A stretch of DNA of 64,000 bases, from positions 806,001 through 870,000 of the forward strand of contig SMSO01000005.1 in the NCBI GenBank assembly GCA_004764695.1, given 5' to 3'. Below the pieces are notes generated by a model. That model was not told the DNA's origin and did not search any database. It saw only the letters and a program-made list of their open reading frames with translations. This DNA is from Schizochytrium sp. TIO01 (lineage: Eukaryota; Protista; Bigyra: Labyrinthulomycetes). Positions within the stretch are counted from its first letter, which is position 1. Every line of letters begins with the position of its first letter. The position numbers and the translations under genes were made by a program. This document shows positions 22,866-34,139 of the stretch, piece by piece.

Positions 22866-25800
22866 TCATGCGTTTTGCACAATTAATGTAAGGGGGCTTC
22901 CACCGATAGGGGAGGCACCATAGTATAGGTTGTCATTTGGTATGCTATGGGTCCGAGGCCTACGGTAAATCTTCTCTTGGTTACCTGACTCACCCCCATA
23001 AGGATGATCAACATAGAGTGTCTTTTGAGTTTGATCAAATTCCTGAATATAGAAGGTTTCGTTCCCAACACGAATCTTATCTCCCTCTTGAAGCTGGTTT
23101 GCGAGATTAATATTGGTAATGAATGTTTGTGAATACTTTGTCACCTTTACTGAACCAGGTAGCTCTACATCTGGGGTCTCTTTGGGCGAATCTGCTCCTA
23201 ATGCAGTGGACCATTGTAACGTAAGAGATTTTCTTTGAAATAATGTTGACTCAACTTCAATAGGATAAAGTCGATTACCTCGTAAATAAAGACTTTGTGT
23301 AGTGCTTTCGATACCCACGTTTGCAACAGAAAGGAAAGACACTTCGCGGGATTCAGTATTCTCATTTTCTGCGAGAAGATCAAACGTATAATTATCTGTA
23401 TGCTCTGCCCATACGTACCCGGACCAATGGGCACGCATAGCATGTAATGCTTCTTGAGCCACACTAGCGTTTTCTGGAGAATGGTTCTGCTCGATCTGAG
23501 ACAGGATACTCTCTTGATTCAATTCAGCTGTTGCAGATGAAAAATATTTTGTAGTGAGACCATGACCGTTAGCAAGTTCGACATCAAGAAGGAAGGACCC
23601 CTCTAGCGACCCAAGGTCGATGGTCAAAGTATAAGTTCCATTGTCATGATCCACAGTATCCAAAAGAAAGTCGGTCCATGGCGCCCCAAATCTGTATGTG
23701 GTAAAGTCCTCCGAGGGTTCTTCCCCAAGTGCAAGCTGAGCCGTAAATGCGTCTTGAATACGTAAATTCAGCACAAAACGGTCACCGCCTTCACTACGCA
23801 AATTTCCAAATTGATCTCTGCTGATTACTTCAACCTGTAACGGCGAGGAATGAGGTTCGGAATATCCTAAAACTCGAGTGGTCGATGCAGCAGCATAAGA
23901 CTGTGCTGGATAGACAGTCAAATTAAACTCAGGCATTCGCGATCCATCAGCAAGCTCAATAGCAACAGGCCACATTCCTGCCGAAGTTACATTGAAAGAA
24001 AATTTGAACAGCCCATCCCCCAAATATTCAAATTCTCCTTGCCAGTTTGCGGAGGAATTCGTGTGAACAGTATTTATATCAAGCGCGCTAGCACGGTAGT
24101 TTCCATCGACATCACGAACTTGAACGTAGAAAATCCCGGGCTCTCCAGCCACAATTGCATTGAGCTGGGGACCAAAGACCTCACTAAGGTCAGCAGATAT
24201 GGCCCCAGCACTGACAAGAAGTCGCCTGGGAGCATCGGCGACTTGATAGTTACGTAACAACTCAAGAAGTTTTGATCGTCCCCAGTCTGCATGAATTTCA
24301 GGTGTATTGACAGCAATAAAGACTAAAAATTCTCCAGACAAGGTAGGTGTAAGACTCACATTAAATAGGCCACCTTGAGATGCTGCCAAAACTGAACCAG
24401 CAATAAGGACACCTTCAGGGTCAAGACCTTCATCTACGCCTCGAAGATCAGGTACAAACCAACCATATACTTCTATATTATCAGTGTGGTTGAGCACATT
24501 ATTACCAAACTGATCTGTCACCTGTACCTGGAAAGTTGTTTCGACGTTCGCTATGAGACTTTCAAGTGGACTCCAGTCGACCACATAAGACGATGGTGGA
24601 TGCGCTGCGGCAGGAACAGTGAGAGGATTAAAAGTTTGAATCTGCCTCCAACGATAGAGGGATGATGGTGGGACAACCTCGGGCTCAGTAGCAAACTGCC
24701 CAGTTCGATCCAAGATCACCCATTCGAGGGCCAATGACCCAGAGGGATCTCCAATCATCCGTGCGTAATCCATTTGCAAAGGAAGAAATTCTAGAGGCTG
24801 CGGGATCGAAGTAAGATTAACCCATTGTGTTTCCGCTCGAGAGGCTTTGGGCCATTCGTTGATCAAAAGCTTGTTCCCCACCCATAAGCGAGCCCCACCA
24901 CCGTAAATCCGCAGTCGAAATGCAAGTCGAACTTGATTTTGATTTAATAAATTGAGCCGAAGGTCATAATCTTCAGATGTCAAAGGGGCACCTTCTGATG
25001 GTACTCTGATGAGACCGATGAATCGAGCGGCCCAGCCTGCTTCTGCCCCCCATGAGTAATCAAGTGTGCTCTCCACTTTTTCATCAATCAACTTGCTTAA
25101 AGAGTGAGTTTGATAGTACGAAGCGTCGATACCTCCTGGTTGAGTAACACTGATACGCAGAGTTCCTTCTTGGGCGATATTAGGAATGAAGGAAGCATTA
25201 TAGAATCCGTTGCCCAGATAGTCTGGCTCATAAACAAGATCTTCTTCAACATAGGAAACCATAAACTTAACCTCTGCGCTACCAGCATCCGATAAATTAT
25301 TTCCGAAATAATCTACGGCTTGAATTGTCACAGGGTGTAATTCACCTGCTACACCATAATCTAGCCCCTCGCCACGTAGTTCCGCATGGGCGTGCTCAAT
25401 AGCGCTTGGGCCAACGGTAATATTAAAAGGGGATCCCATCACATTCTCGATGAAGACTCCAGCCGCATCGGCGAGATAGACAGTGATAGGGAAATTGCCT
25501 GCAACAGTGGCATTGTAGGTCAAAGTATAAGTACCAGGCTCATTCTCCTGAGGGGCAAGAGAGGAAACAAAGTAGTCTCCTTCAACTAGAAAATTGGATC
25601 CATTAGAACATGGTCCAACACGAAGGTTTCCTGCCGCGTCATGGGACTGGATTTGAATAGTTGTAAGGTCTCCCGCCACAGCATAATAAGTCCCTTCACC
25701 AATTGCCACACTTTGGGTGCCATTGCACGAACCATCTCCAATATCAATAGTGTAGGGTGTACCACCGTGAATAAATGTATTCTGAAGTTTAACATAGAGC

Positions 25801-28800
25801 AGTGCTTGATTTTGTGCCTTTGCTGGAGTATAAGTACAGCGGAACACATCAAGGCTGATATGCGTGCAGGTATCGTTGAAGTCCTCTTCGGAAAGATCCT
25901 CAAACACGAGTTTAATAGAAAGAGAAGAAGCTGCTTCTGGTGCGGGATCGACGACTGAATTACCAAATTCGTCACGAAGATGAACCAGAAAGTTAGCTTC
26001 TACACCTGAGGTGGCTGCGAGTGAGCCAGCACCAGATATATATGTCTCATACGCGTTTGCAGCTGCGTGCATGAAGACCAAAGTGTAAGGTGAGTCTACA
26101 ATGTGTTCACAGGGCACCTCTGCAATAAATTGCTGACAAGCTATTGTAAGCTGAACTTTTAATGTGCCAGCTCGAGTTACGATATAGAGTGCCTGGTATT
26201 GTGAGTTTCCGAGATAAGTTAGATTTGCAAGGTATCTCTCGCCAGGGGGGAGCTGATGTATAGCTTGAACTAGTATAAGAGAAGTGTAGTCTCTGTCAAT
26301 TAAATTACCATAGGCATCACGAAGTGTAATGTTAATGAGCTTGGTTTCCCCGACAACATGAGTCAACGCTGATTCAATACCATCCCCAAATGCGTCAAAT
26401 GTTGGGCCATCTGGGTGACCAGGAGCGACTTCCAAAACAAATGGGGAGCCAAAAACTTCTCTTCCACCAATCGTCACATTCAATGAATAAGTTCCTGCAG
26501 CTTGGGGGTCGAGAGTCATTAATACTGTGGAGGGCGAGGAACCTGTGTTGGTCACTGATCCAACGATGACACTTAGCCCTGACTGAATTGAATTTCCGCT
26601 CATAGACGCGTTTTCTAGTGTTGCAATAGCTTCGAAGAATTGCTCTTGGGGAATATTTGGATCGGCATTGTGATATTTATCTCGCGGGTGAATCTGGAAA
26701 GTACAAGGGATACCAGCAGTAGCATGGTGAAGACATGTCCCAGTGGCAAATGTAGCTGGTGCGTTGACATCTCCAGTGACAATACTAGCTTTAACTTCTT
26801 GAAGTGGAAGAATTTGAAAAAGTGCTCCAGGAGGAATGACTTCTAGCTCTTTCTCATCTATAGACCACATTAAGCGCAGGTGCGCTGAATCAGCGAGCTC
26901 TCGATAGTCAACTTGCAATTGATGCAATCTTGCACGAGTCAGTGTCACCATGACCGAACCAGCATCTCCTACAGACTGATGGTCCCAACGATCAAGAATA
27001 ACCCTTCCGTCAAGCGTGAGCCTTACTTGATCATTTGCAAATACTTGTATTTGAACAACTGTGGAACTGGCCTCAGCTGGGAGGCGTAAACCGCCAAACC
27101 ATCTTACTGTAACATAGTCCCTGACAGTATTGAAGATGGGCCCATGGCCCCATACAAAGTCAAGTACAGCATCCACTCGTCGAAGCGCAGGCTCTTCATT
27201 CTCTATGAACGGTAAATCAAAGTATTCTGCAATTAGACCACCAGGCTTAGCCAAACTCACGATCACAATATTTTCCTTTGCATCATCAATGAGATGTTCA
27301 CATGAATATTGATCGTTGAATAAGTGCGCGCATTCGATAAGTTCGACATCTTGCCGAGCAGGAGCCTCATCCGTAATTTGAATAAACAGTTTCATGGGGT
27401 CAGGGAGAGCCTCCGTGAGTGACAGGTTGGTTGCAGTACGCAGAAATACACTGATATTGCATGTCTCGTCCACATAAAAAGTCCAATTTGAGTGACTGAG
27501 ATAAGAGGCCTCAGGATTGGCATACCAGTAGTCATCATCATGAATTACTACGCGAGCTTGGTGTTGAGGGCCCAGATTTGCAGAATCGACACGTGCGCCA
27601 TCTTGCAAATCAACTGTGCGCGGATTCAGCAAGATAAGATCGAAATATTCATCTTCCTCCAACAACATATCGTCATGTATAGCAACATTGAAAGTTAGAC
27701 TCACAACACCAGGAAGAAAGTCAAGCCTTTGCGAGGTAGTGTAACTTGCGGTCGCTGATACGTCTTCCGGGCCAGCAGTCCCATACTGTAGTTCATAGTC
27801 GACCGCGATATGACCATATCCTCCCCCGCTTCGTTTAACGGTGATTTCTACATATTGAGCAGACTCGGAAACAGCATATGCAGGCGATGAGAATGAGAGT
27901 GTTCCAAAGTGACCGCAAACTGTGTGAGATTCTAAAAATGTATCACATGTCCACTCAGCTGTGCTCGGTCCCTGTTTGCAAGCAACACTCATATTTTTTA
28001 GCGGTGTGCTCTCCGCTGATTGAACAATAGAGAATGTTTCAGCCTCATCAAACGCTAGAGGACTCTGAGAGCCAAATGGAAGGGAGATTGATAATTCACG
28101 CTGCTTCTCATCATCCGGAAGTTCTGGATCTGTGACACGTCGACCCGAGCGACGAATAGAAAGAAGTAGAGGGTCTCCACACGCAAGGCAACCATCTTCT
28201 GCTGTGCATAAAACACAGCGAGGATCCATCGAAGCACATGGCTGGCAAGTCCCATTTGAAGCGAGATAATAAAGATCAACACACTGTGTGCATTCTCCCG
28301 ATATGGCATCGCAACTGTGGCAAAGCTCGCCGCCAGCACTGTTGTGGCAGCGCGGGATGCTGCAATCAGCACCGACACGATGTGACTTACATGCACAAGT
28401 ACCGGTGGAAAGGTTGCAGGTACCTGCACCGGAGCAATCATTTGGACAAAGGTGTTTCAAAAGGCACTTGGTTCCGTCTTCGGACAAAAAATGCGTTGTC
28501 TTACACGAAGCGCAGTCAATTCCGTCATAGCCTTCATAGCAAACACACGTGCCCGAACGACGGTCGCAAAATCCATGGTATTCGTCCACACAGTAATAGG
28601 CGCCATCCGCTCTTGGGCCTACCATTTCAGGGCACACTTGCCTTGGAAACACGCCTTCGAGCTCAAATCGAAGCACCTGGTTTGTTCTAGATAGTCCTGG
28701 AAGAAAAGATAAGGCTTCGCTTTCAGGATCAGATTTGACACCGGGTCTAAAAGTGCCGTGGATTCCAGGTGTACGAGCTTGGCCACCCTCATTGATTTGC

Positions 28801-29120
28801 GTGCGCCCTCGCGAACTAAGGCTTCCATTACCATAGCTTTCCACAAACCCTGTTTCATAAGGTTCAGGTTCGCTCAGCGAGGATGGGTCGGTCCAACCTC
28901 GCCCTGTTCCCTCTGGGCGAACTTGGTATGCCACAGACTCCTGTGCTTGTGGCAAAATAAGCATGAACAAAGTTGTTATCATCATACACGAGGACCAGTT
29001 TCGCCAGCGCCTGTTGCTGTTACTTGACGTTGAATTTCGAGGTCTTCTTCTTCTCCTGGATCGTTTACTCTTGTACAAATCATCGATGTTGCGCTCGTCC
29101 TCATCTTTGTTGAGGTCCAT
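22866..29120 (-). CDS. Large extracellular protein: EGF-like/Cys-rich, Calx-beta, filamin-type Ig repeats and PA14 domains
   Basis: CPNDCSGAGTCNLSTGTCAC (EGF-like); SFSSPAYAVSES...VDYELQYGTA...IHDDMLLEEDEYF (Calx-beta); repeated G.GL..A.AG....F.I..RD.YGN and GSPF (filamin); GLIAEYF...RVDAVLDFVWG...VRWFGGL (PA14). First ATG is 29120; alternative start 28985 begins a hydrophobic signal-like segment. Confidence 0.9.
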   Translation of the reverse strand: MDLNKDEDERNIDDLYKSKRSRRRRRPRNSTSSNSNRRWRNWSSCMMITTLFMLILPQAQESVAYQVRPEGTGRGWTDPSSLSEPEPYETGFVESYGNGSLSSRGRTQINEGGQARTPGIHGTFRPGVKSDPESEALSFLPGLSRTNQVLRFELEGVFPRQVCPEMVGPRADGAYYCVDEYHGFCDRRSGTCVCYEGYDGIDCASCKTTHFLSEDGTKCLLKHLCPNDCSGAGTCNLSTGTCACKSHRVGADCSIPRCHNSAGGELCHSCDAISGECTQCVDLYYLASNGTCQPCASMDPRCVLCTAEDGCLACGDPLLLSIRRSGRRVTDPELPDDEKQRELSISLPFGSQSPLAFDEAETFSIVQSAESTPLKNMSVACKQGPSTAEWTCDTFLESHTVCGHFGTLSFSSPAYAVSESAQYVEITVKRSGGGYGHIAVDYELQYGTAGPEDVSATASYTTSQRLDFLPGVVSLTFNVAIHDDMLLEEDEYFDLILLNPRTVDLQDGARVDSANLGPQHQARVVIHDDDYWYANPEASYLSHSNWTFYVDETCNISVFLRTATNLSLTEALPDPMKLFIQITDEAPARQDVELIECAHLFNDQYSCEHLIDDAKENIVIVSLAKPGGLIAEYFDLPFIENEEPALRRVDAVLDFVWGHGPIFNTVRDYVTVRWFGGLRLPAEASSTVVQIQVFANDQVRLTLDGRVILDRWDHQSVGDAGSVMVTLTRARLHQLQVDYRELADSAHLRLMWSIDEKELEVIPPGALFQILPLQEVKASIVTGDVNAPATFATGTCLHHATAGIPCTFQIHPRDKYHNADPNIPQEQFFEAIATLENASMSGNSIQSGLSVIVGSVTNTGSSPSTVLMTLDPQAAGTYSLNVTIGGREVFGSPFVLEVAPGHPDGPTFDAFGDGIESALTHVVGETKLINITLRDAYGNLIDRDYTSLILVQAIHQLPPGERYLANLTYLGNSQYQALYIVTRAGTLKVQLTIACQQFIAEVPCEHIVDSPYTLVFMHAAANAYETYISGAGSLAATSGVEANFLVHLRDEFGNSVVDPAPEAASSLSIKLVFEDLSEEDFNDTCTHISLDVFRCTYTPAKAQNQALLYVKLQNTFIHGGTPYTIDIGDGSCNGTQSVAIGEGTYYAVAGDLTTIQIQSHDAAGNLRVGPCSNGSNFLVEGDYFVSSLAPQENEPGTYTLTYNATVAGNFPITVYLADAAGVFIENVMGSPFNITVGPSAIEHAHAELRGEGLDYGVAGELHPVTIQAVDYFGNNLSDAGSAEVKFMVSYVEEDLVYEPDYLGNGFYNASFIPNIAQEGTLRISVTQPGGIDASYYQTHSLSKLIDEKVESTLDYSWGAEAGWAARFIGLIRVPSEGAPLTSEDYDLRLNLLNQNQVRLAFRLRIYGGGARLWVGNKLLINEWPKASRAETQWVNLTSIPQPLEFLPLQMDYARMIGDPSGSLALEWVILDRTGQFATEPEVVPPSSLYRWRQIQTFNPLTVPAAAHPPSSYVVDWSPLESLIANVETTFQVQVTDQFGNNVLNHTDNIEVYGWFVPDLRGVDEGLDPEGVLIAGSVLAASQGGLFNVSLTPTLSGEFLVFIAVNTPEIHADWGRSKLLELLRNYQVADAPRRLLVSAGAISADLSEVFGPQLNAIVAGEPGIFYVQVRDVDGNYRASALDINTVHTNSSANWQGEFEYLGDGLFKFSFNVTSAGMWPVAIELADGSRMPEFNLTVYPAQSYAAASTTRVLGYSEPHSSPLQVEVISRDQFGNLRSEGGDRFVLNLRIQDAFTAQLALGEEPSEDFTTYRFGAPWTDFLLDTVDHDNGTYTLTIDLGSLEGSFLLDVELANGHGLTTKYFSSATAELNQESILSQIEQNHSPENASVAQEALHAMRAHWSGYVWAEHTDNYTFDLLAENENTESREVSFLSVANVGIESTTQSLYLRGNRLYPIEVESTLFQRKSLTLQWSTALGADSPKETPDVELPGSVKVTKYSQTFITNINLANQLQEGDKIRVGNETFYIQEFDQTQKTLYVDHPYGGESGNQEKIYRRPRTHSIPNDNLYYGASPIGGSPLTLIVQNA

Positions 29121-30462
29121 ATCAGAGTCCTTTACAGTGCAAAGTCCCTCTGCCCAGTGCGATCCTTCAAGCCCACGGACAGTTCCTTCTTCCCTCAAGA
29201 ATAGCGTGACCCAGGCTCTTCAAGGCCACTCACAGTCCTCGACACGTCTATAAACTTGACGTGTTTGGTTGCCCAATGGTAGCGATGAGCAAGTTTGATT
29301 TGGATGTTGCCTTCGAATTGGACACAGGTCGAGTTTTAGCTTCGAACTGAGTGAGTCCCAACCGAAGAAAAGAGGTCTAATGGCCCAAATGGCCCAACGG
29401 GATCGTACCTAGGAGATGATATCTATTATATATCGATTTGTTTGTTTTGCATATAAATATATATATATACATATAGGCATATATACAAAATATTTAAGGA
29501 AGGAAAAGCTATTACCCTTATTGTCTTAGCTAAGCAAAACCTAGCGACAAGGGGGGGAGTTCTCTTATATAGACTCTCTTGCAGCGTCCACAGTTAGATG
29601 CAAGCGCATTTCTCAACTTGAATAGTTGAGAGAAGAATGCCTAGGTCTAAGAAATGGGGTGGTATTGTTTCGTGTTTATCCAATGAAAGGTTTTATGATT
29701 CCATAAACTAGTTTGATAAGAAAACGAAATTCAACCCAAAGGGTTTTCTCCAACGAGAGCGTTAAAAGCAACCCAGGGAAGCATCTCAAACGTGATTCGT
29801 GTTCTTCCTGGGACATATATCTAGGTATACTCATTCATACTTGGCTTCTCAGATTTTAAAAACAAACCAACAAAGGCTTTTTGGTCACAAGAAGAGGGCT
29901 TTAACAGGACTGTAAAACAGAGTTGCTTCAGCAACATGATCAGTGAGAGACTGGCCGCTATTAGAGTTTGCCAAGTCGAAAGTAGAAAAAACTACAGTAC
30001 TGTAATTATATATAACTCCTCCAAACTATATGTTGTTGATCGCTATATCCTACAAAAAGATAATTGCTCAATCTTTGATTTCAAGACTGCGCTACTGATG
30101 TGTTTGATCAAAAAGTAAAATGTTGTCTTGCTTGCAAATAAAGAGTCCTGGTTAAGCGTTGGAGAAGGTTAGAGGGAATAAACCTGCAAAAAAAAAACTT
30201 GAAACAAGAAACTGTGGTAGTTCATTACAGTTCACATTACTTGTAAAAAACTTTAAAACTTTGGGGGGTGGGGGGACTGTTGAGGCGCTGTTCACAATGA
30301 TTAAAATGGATAACAGAGTCCACATGTTGATATTTCATTCTTGAGCAGCGTTAAGGGAACAGGAGAATTGCAATAGATCCCCCTTTCAAAAAAAAATATC
30401 CTTAACTTCTCATCTTGAAAGTGGGCTTGTAGATGGGCTTGGATTCGGTCTGACTCGAAGGT

Positions 30463-32655
30463 TTATTTGGCCTCCGCTGCAGCTTTTTTCTCAGCAGCAA
30501 TGGCCTTTTCCTGACGAGCCTCACGCTGAGCATTTTCGATGTTCTTCACGAGCGAAGACGAGGTTCGGCTAGTCGAATTGTGTCGCGAATGGCCATGGGA
30601 GTGAGAATGGCCGTGGGAGTGAGAGTGGGAGTGGGAATGGTCGTCAACGCTGCTGTGCCTGCCGTTCTCGAGGTCTACAGAGCTCACAGATTCCGAACCA
30701 CTTTCACGACGGCGATGGTGCTTTTGATGGTGGAGCACAATGTGACGAGTGTAGCTACCCGGGGCTGGCTTACCTGCAGGTACAGCTTTATCAAAGACGT
30801 CGCCGATCACTTCAACCTGCTCCTCAATGTCGATAACACTGGAAGAAGTTGAGTCCTCGTCACTAGAGTAGCCACCAACAGGGGTTGTCTGAGGTGTGAT
30901 GTAGTAAGCAGCCTTGTGCTCGTCTTCGTCCCGCTGCATATAGTCAACATGGACAAATGCACGCTCAACACGCTCCAAAGCTTCAATTTTTTTCTGCAGC
31001 TCAAGTGAAATGTCATGTGCGTCATAAACAACCATGTTGCCGGGGAGAACCACCTCGACTTCAACCAAATAATGCTTGCCAAAATGATAAGCACGAACAA
31101 CATCAACATACATGCGCTCATGAAAACTATCAGCAAGCTGGCGAATCTTCTCAAGAAAGTGGGGATCTGCTGCTACACCTTCAAGCATTTCAGCCTGTTC
31201 GATTGCCACTTGAGTCCACATTACACAAATATAGACGGCAATCACAATACCGCCAGTGGGATCAAGCCACCACAGATTAATATACTTGTGAGCAAGAAAA
31301 GCAGTGAGTAGAGCCACACCGTTGGAAAGAATATCGTTACGATGGTCCTCGGCAAGTACCATCATACTATCGCTTTCATCACGGTACATGTGGCAAAGAA
31401 GAAAGAGAGTAAGCTTGATAAGGATAGCTGTGCCCAAAAGCTCGACAGTGAACTTGTCAGTATTGGGGATAAGATTGATGGGATTTTCGCCACCAATTGT
31501 ACCCAAGAAAAGAGTGTGCGAGGACTCCCAAATTAGCTGGAGAGCAGCAATACCCATAAGCGAAGCACAGACGATAATGCCAATCGGCTCAAGACGATTA
31601 CGGCCAACGGGGTACTTTTCCTCATCAACATAGCGAGTACCACGCATAGCGTAGTAGATGATAGTCTGCGACACAAGATCCAAAAAGGAATCAACGGCAG
31701 ATGCCATCACAGCAAGTGAGCGGCTAGCAACAGAAACGTAGATCTTGAATGAGAAGAGACAGACGTTGGCAAACATAGAAATACCAGCAAGAAGCTTGAC
31801 CTTCTTGCGGATCATCGAACGGCGCTTCTGATACTCGCGGGTGGAAAGATCCTTCTTGGTGCTCTTCGCACGCTTCTTCTTCTTCTTAGAGTCGTCCTGG
31901 TTCTCAGGTTCAGTGGCACTTGCTCCGTACCAAGAGTTTTGGGCGTTCTTGGCGTTGGTAGTGGAGCCTGCGGCAGTACTAGCGCCACCGAGAAGCGGAG
32001 CAGTTACCTCAGGCTGAAGTGGGGCATCCTCGCCATTCTCATCCTCATGATCACGGCGTACTTTGTAGTCAATATCGGCCACACGGGTTTTGGGCGGGGT
32101 GCCGGCACCGCGCCAGCTATCTTCGCCTGCGACGTCCATGAAGTTCTTTTCCTGTGCCTCTTTTGCGTTACCAATAGGGCTTGACACCTGGGAGTGAAAG
32201 CTAGTCAGTGATCCTGTAAAGTCTTCGTCAATGCCCGAATCAGCATCCTCAATATCAAAATACCTTGTGTCTTCGGCGGCGAGCGACGGCGATCTTACGG
32301 CATCGCGAGTAGCAGCACTCAGACTAGCTGATGCTGTGGCACCAGTCGCCCCGTGCTTATCGTAGGCAATGTCCTCAGCATCAGCTTGTGAATATTTCAC
32401 ATCTGTGTCTTTTGGTGGCGTCAGGCCGAGGTCCAGAACTTCATCGGAGTCGCCACTGTCGGCGTCACCAAGGAAAGCGCTTGCATGTCGTGCCGCTGCT
32501 GATGACATAACATCTTCATCAGAGGATCGATCGTTGGATTCGCTTCCAAAGACATCTATATCGCTTGTATCATCTGTATTCATCACATCCACCAAACTCG
32601 TCGCGCTCAGCGATGTCCTTGTTGAGTTCAACTCATCGAGAATCTCGTCTGCCAT
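30463..32655 (-). CDS. Cation diffusion facilitator, Mn-CDF (plant MTP8-11-like) subgroup
   Basis: SLAVMASAVDSFLD (TM2 DxxxD), KYPVGRNRLEPIG, DHRND (TM5), VRAYHFG and VERAFVHVDY (C-terminal domain). Long acidic N-terminus and His-rich tail. Confidence 0.93.
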   Translation of the reverse strand: MADEILDELNSTRTSLSATSLVDVMNTDDTSDIDVFGSESNDRSSDEDVMSSAAARHASAFLGDADSGDSDEVLDLGLTPPKDTDVKYSQADAEDIAYDKHGATGATASASLSAATRDAVRSPSLAAEDTRYFDIEDADSGIDEDFTGSLTSFHSQVSSPIGNAKEAQEKNFMDVAGEDSWRGAGTPPKTRVADIDYKVRRDHEDENGEDAPLQPEVTAPLLGGASTAAGSTTNAKNAQNSWYGASATEPENQDDSKKKKKRAKSTKKDLSTREYQKRRSMIRKKVKLLAGISMFANVCLFSFKIYVSVASRSLAVMASAVDSFLDLVSQTIIYYAMRGTRYVDEEKYPVGRNRLEPIGIIVCASLMGIAALQLIWESSHTLFLGTIGGENPINLIPNTDKFTVELLGTAILIKLTLFLLCHMYRDESDSMMVLAEDHRNDILSNGVALLTAFLAHKYINLWWLDPTGGIVIAVYICVMWTQVAIEQAEMLEGVAADPHFLEKIRQLADSFHERMYVDVVRAYHFGKHYLVEVEVVLPGNMVVYDAHDISLELQKKIEALERVERAFVHVDYMQRDEDEHKAAYYITPQTTPVGGYSSDEDSTSSSVIDIEEQVEVIGDVFDKAVPAGKPAPGSYTRHIVLHHQKHHRRRESGSESVSSVDLENGRHSSVDDHSHSHSHSHGHSHSHGHSRHNSTSRTSSSLVKNIENAQREARQEKAIAAEKKAAAEAK

Positions 32656-32699
32656 TTTACAAGAATGTCCGCTCTTGCGCAGTGGCCTCTCTTCGACGT

Positions 32700-33436
32700 C
32701 TGGTACAGGAAAACAAAAAAGTGCTCAAAGAGTTCGCAACACGAAAACAGACGTAGAGAGGAAACAAAGAAGCTATCTGGGAATCACTTTTTTTTAATCC
32801 GCACTCTGATAATGTCCTAATCCTTGAAATAGAACGTGCAGATGTGCGTAGATGATAACAAGGTAAGCGACTAAGCTGCCTTCTATATCTTACTTGCCTG
32901 TAGACTCGAAGTAGACGCGGGAAGACTCTTCACTTTGGATCCCTTTTTAAATAGCTCCAGAAAATCCTGTGTGCCTTTCGCGCCTCAATTAGGTACAGAA
33001 GCACGAGATCATGCACTGTTAAAACTGGAATAAGGAAAAGTGGAGCGTATCTGACAAAATCGCTGATGATGTTGAGGATGATACAAATAGATGATGATAC
33101 AGATGACAACAGTGACACTAAAAGCAACCTTCTCTCTCCCCACCTCTAGATAATGATTTTATTTTTGCCAAAATAAAATCTCTAAACCTATAATAATAAT
33201 TAAAATTGCAACTGACCAAGGTTGATCTCCAACCTTGTAACCTGAGCAAATAAACAAATAGTATATTCTCTCTACCACTGGCCCAAAACCAAATGCCAAC
33301 AAATAAACAAACCTACAACGTTACTCCAAGAAAGTACTGAAGAAAAGACTTGAACAAGGAAAAGGGTCCAAAAGGAGAAGAAAGCAGCGCCTCTCTTATC
33401 CTCCTTTCTTTCCCTCGCCCACCCAGGAATCCGCAC
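32700..33436 (-). other. Probable 5'-UTR intron of the CDF gene
   Basis: Minus-strand donor GAG|GTGCGG at 33436 in a GC-rich leader; T-rich tract and GTACCAG acceptor at 32700, just upstream of the ATG. Confidence 0.4.
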
Positions 33437-34139
33437 CTCGCTCGTCTCGCCTCTTGCGCAGCCACCGCTCTCACGCGCGGATCACCGCGGTCTGGAACCG
33501 GCCCACTGCAGCTCGGGGCGCCACACCTGCAACTCAACCAGTGCGGAAGCGCCTCGAGAGCAAGGACCTCGCGCAACCACAGCGCGCAGCAGAGGATCGG
33601 GCTTTGCCTCTGCTTTGCCTAGCTAGTTTTCCAAAGTCCCTCATTCACTCCTTTTCTCTCTTTTTCCTCTCAAGATCATAGTATCATCATTCTCCCTCCT
33701 TAGTACATACATAGCCAGCCAGAGTAGTTCCCGTTTAAAGAAAGAAAGGCATTCATTCTTTCATGATCTTGCCCGCCTAGCACCTCCTACGCACTGCCTA
33801 GCTACTACAGGCTATCGAAAGGACCTATTTAGTCGCAAGATCATTCGTTTTCACTCTTTTCTAACTTCAAGTTTGAATGAATGAAAAATAAAATGCCTGG
33901 TCACCTACGGACTACTCATAGGGGTCCCTCGTACTCCTAGCGCTAAAATACCGCTTTTTCCTCACTCGACACACCTCTAGCCGTTTCCTTAGCCCTGCAC
34001 TAGGAGCCTCCAGTGATGCGCTGATCTGCATCTTCGCTAAGATTAGCTACGTGCCTGCTATCAATGCCCCAGGTGCTGTCTATCAAATGGTGCATCTTTC
34101 AAGAAACAGCCTAGCTAGCCGGATGACAGGCAGAGAGAG

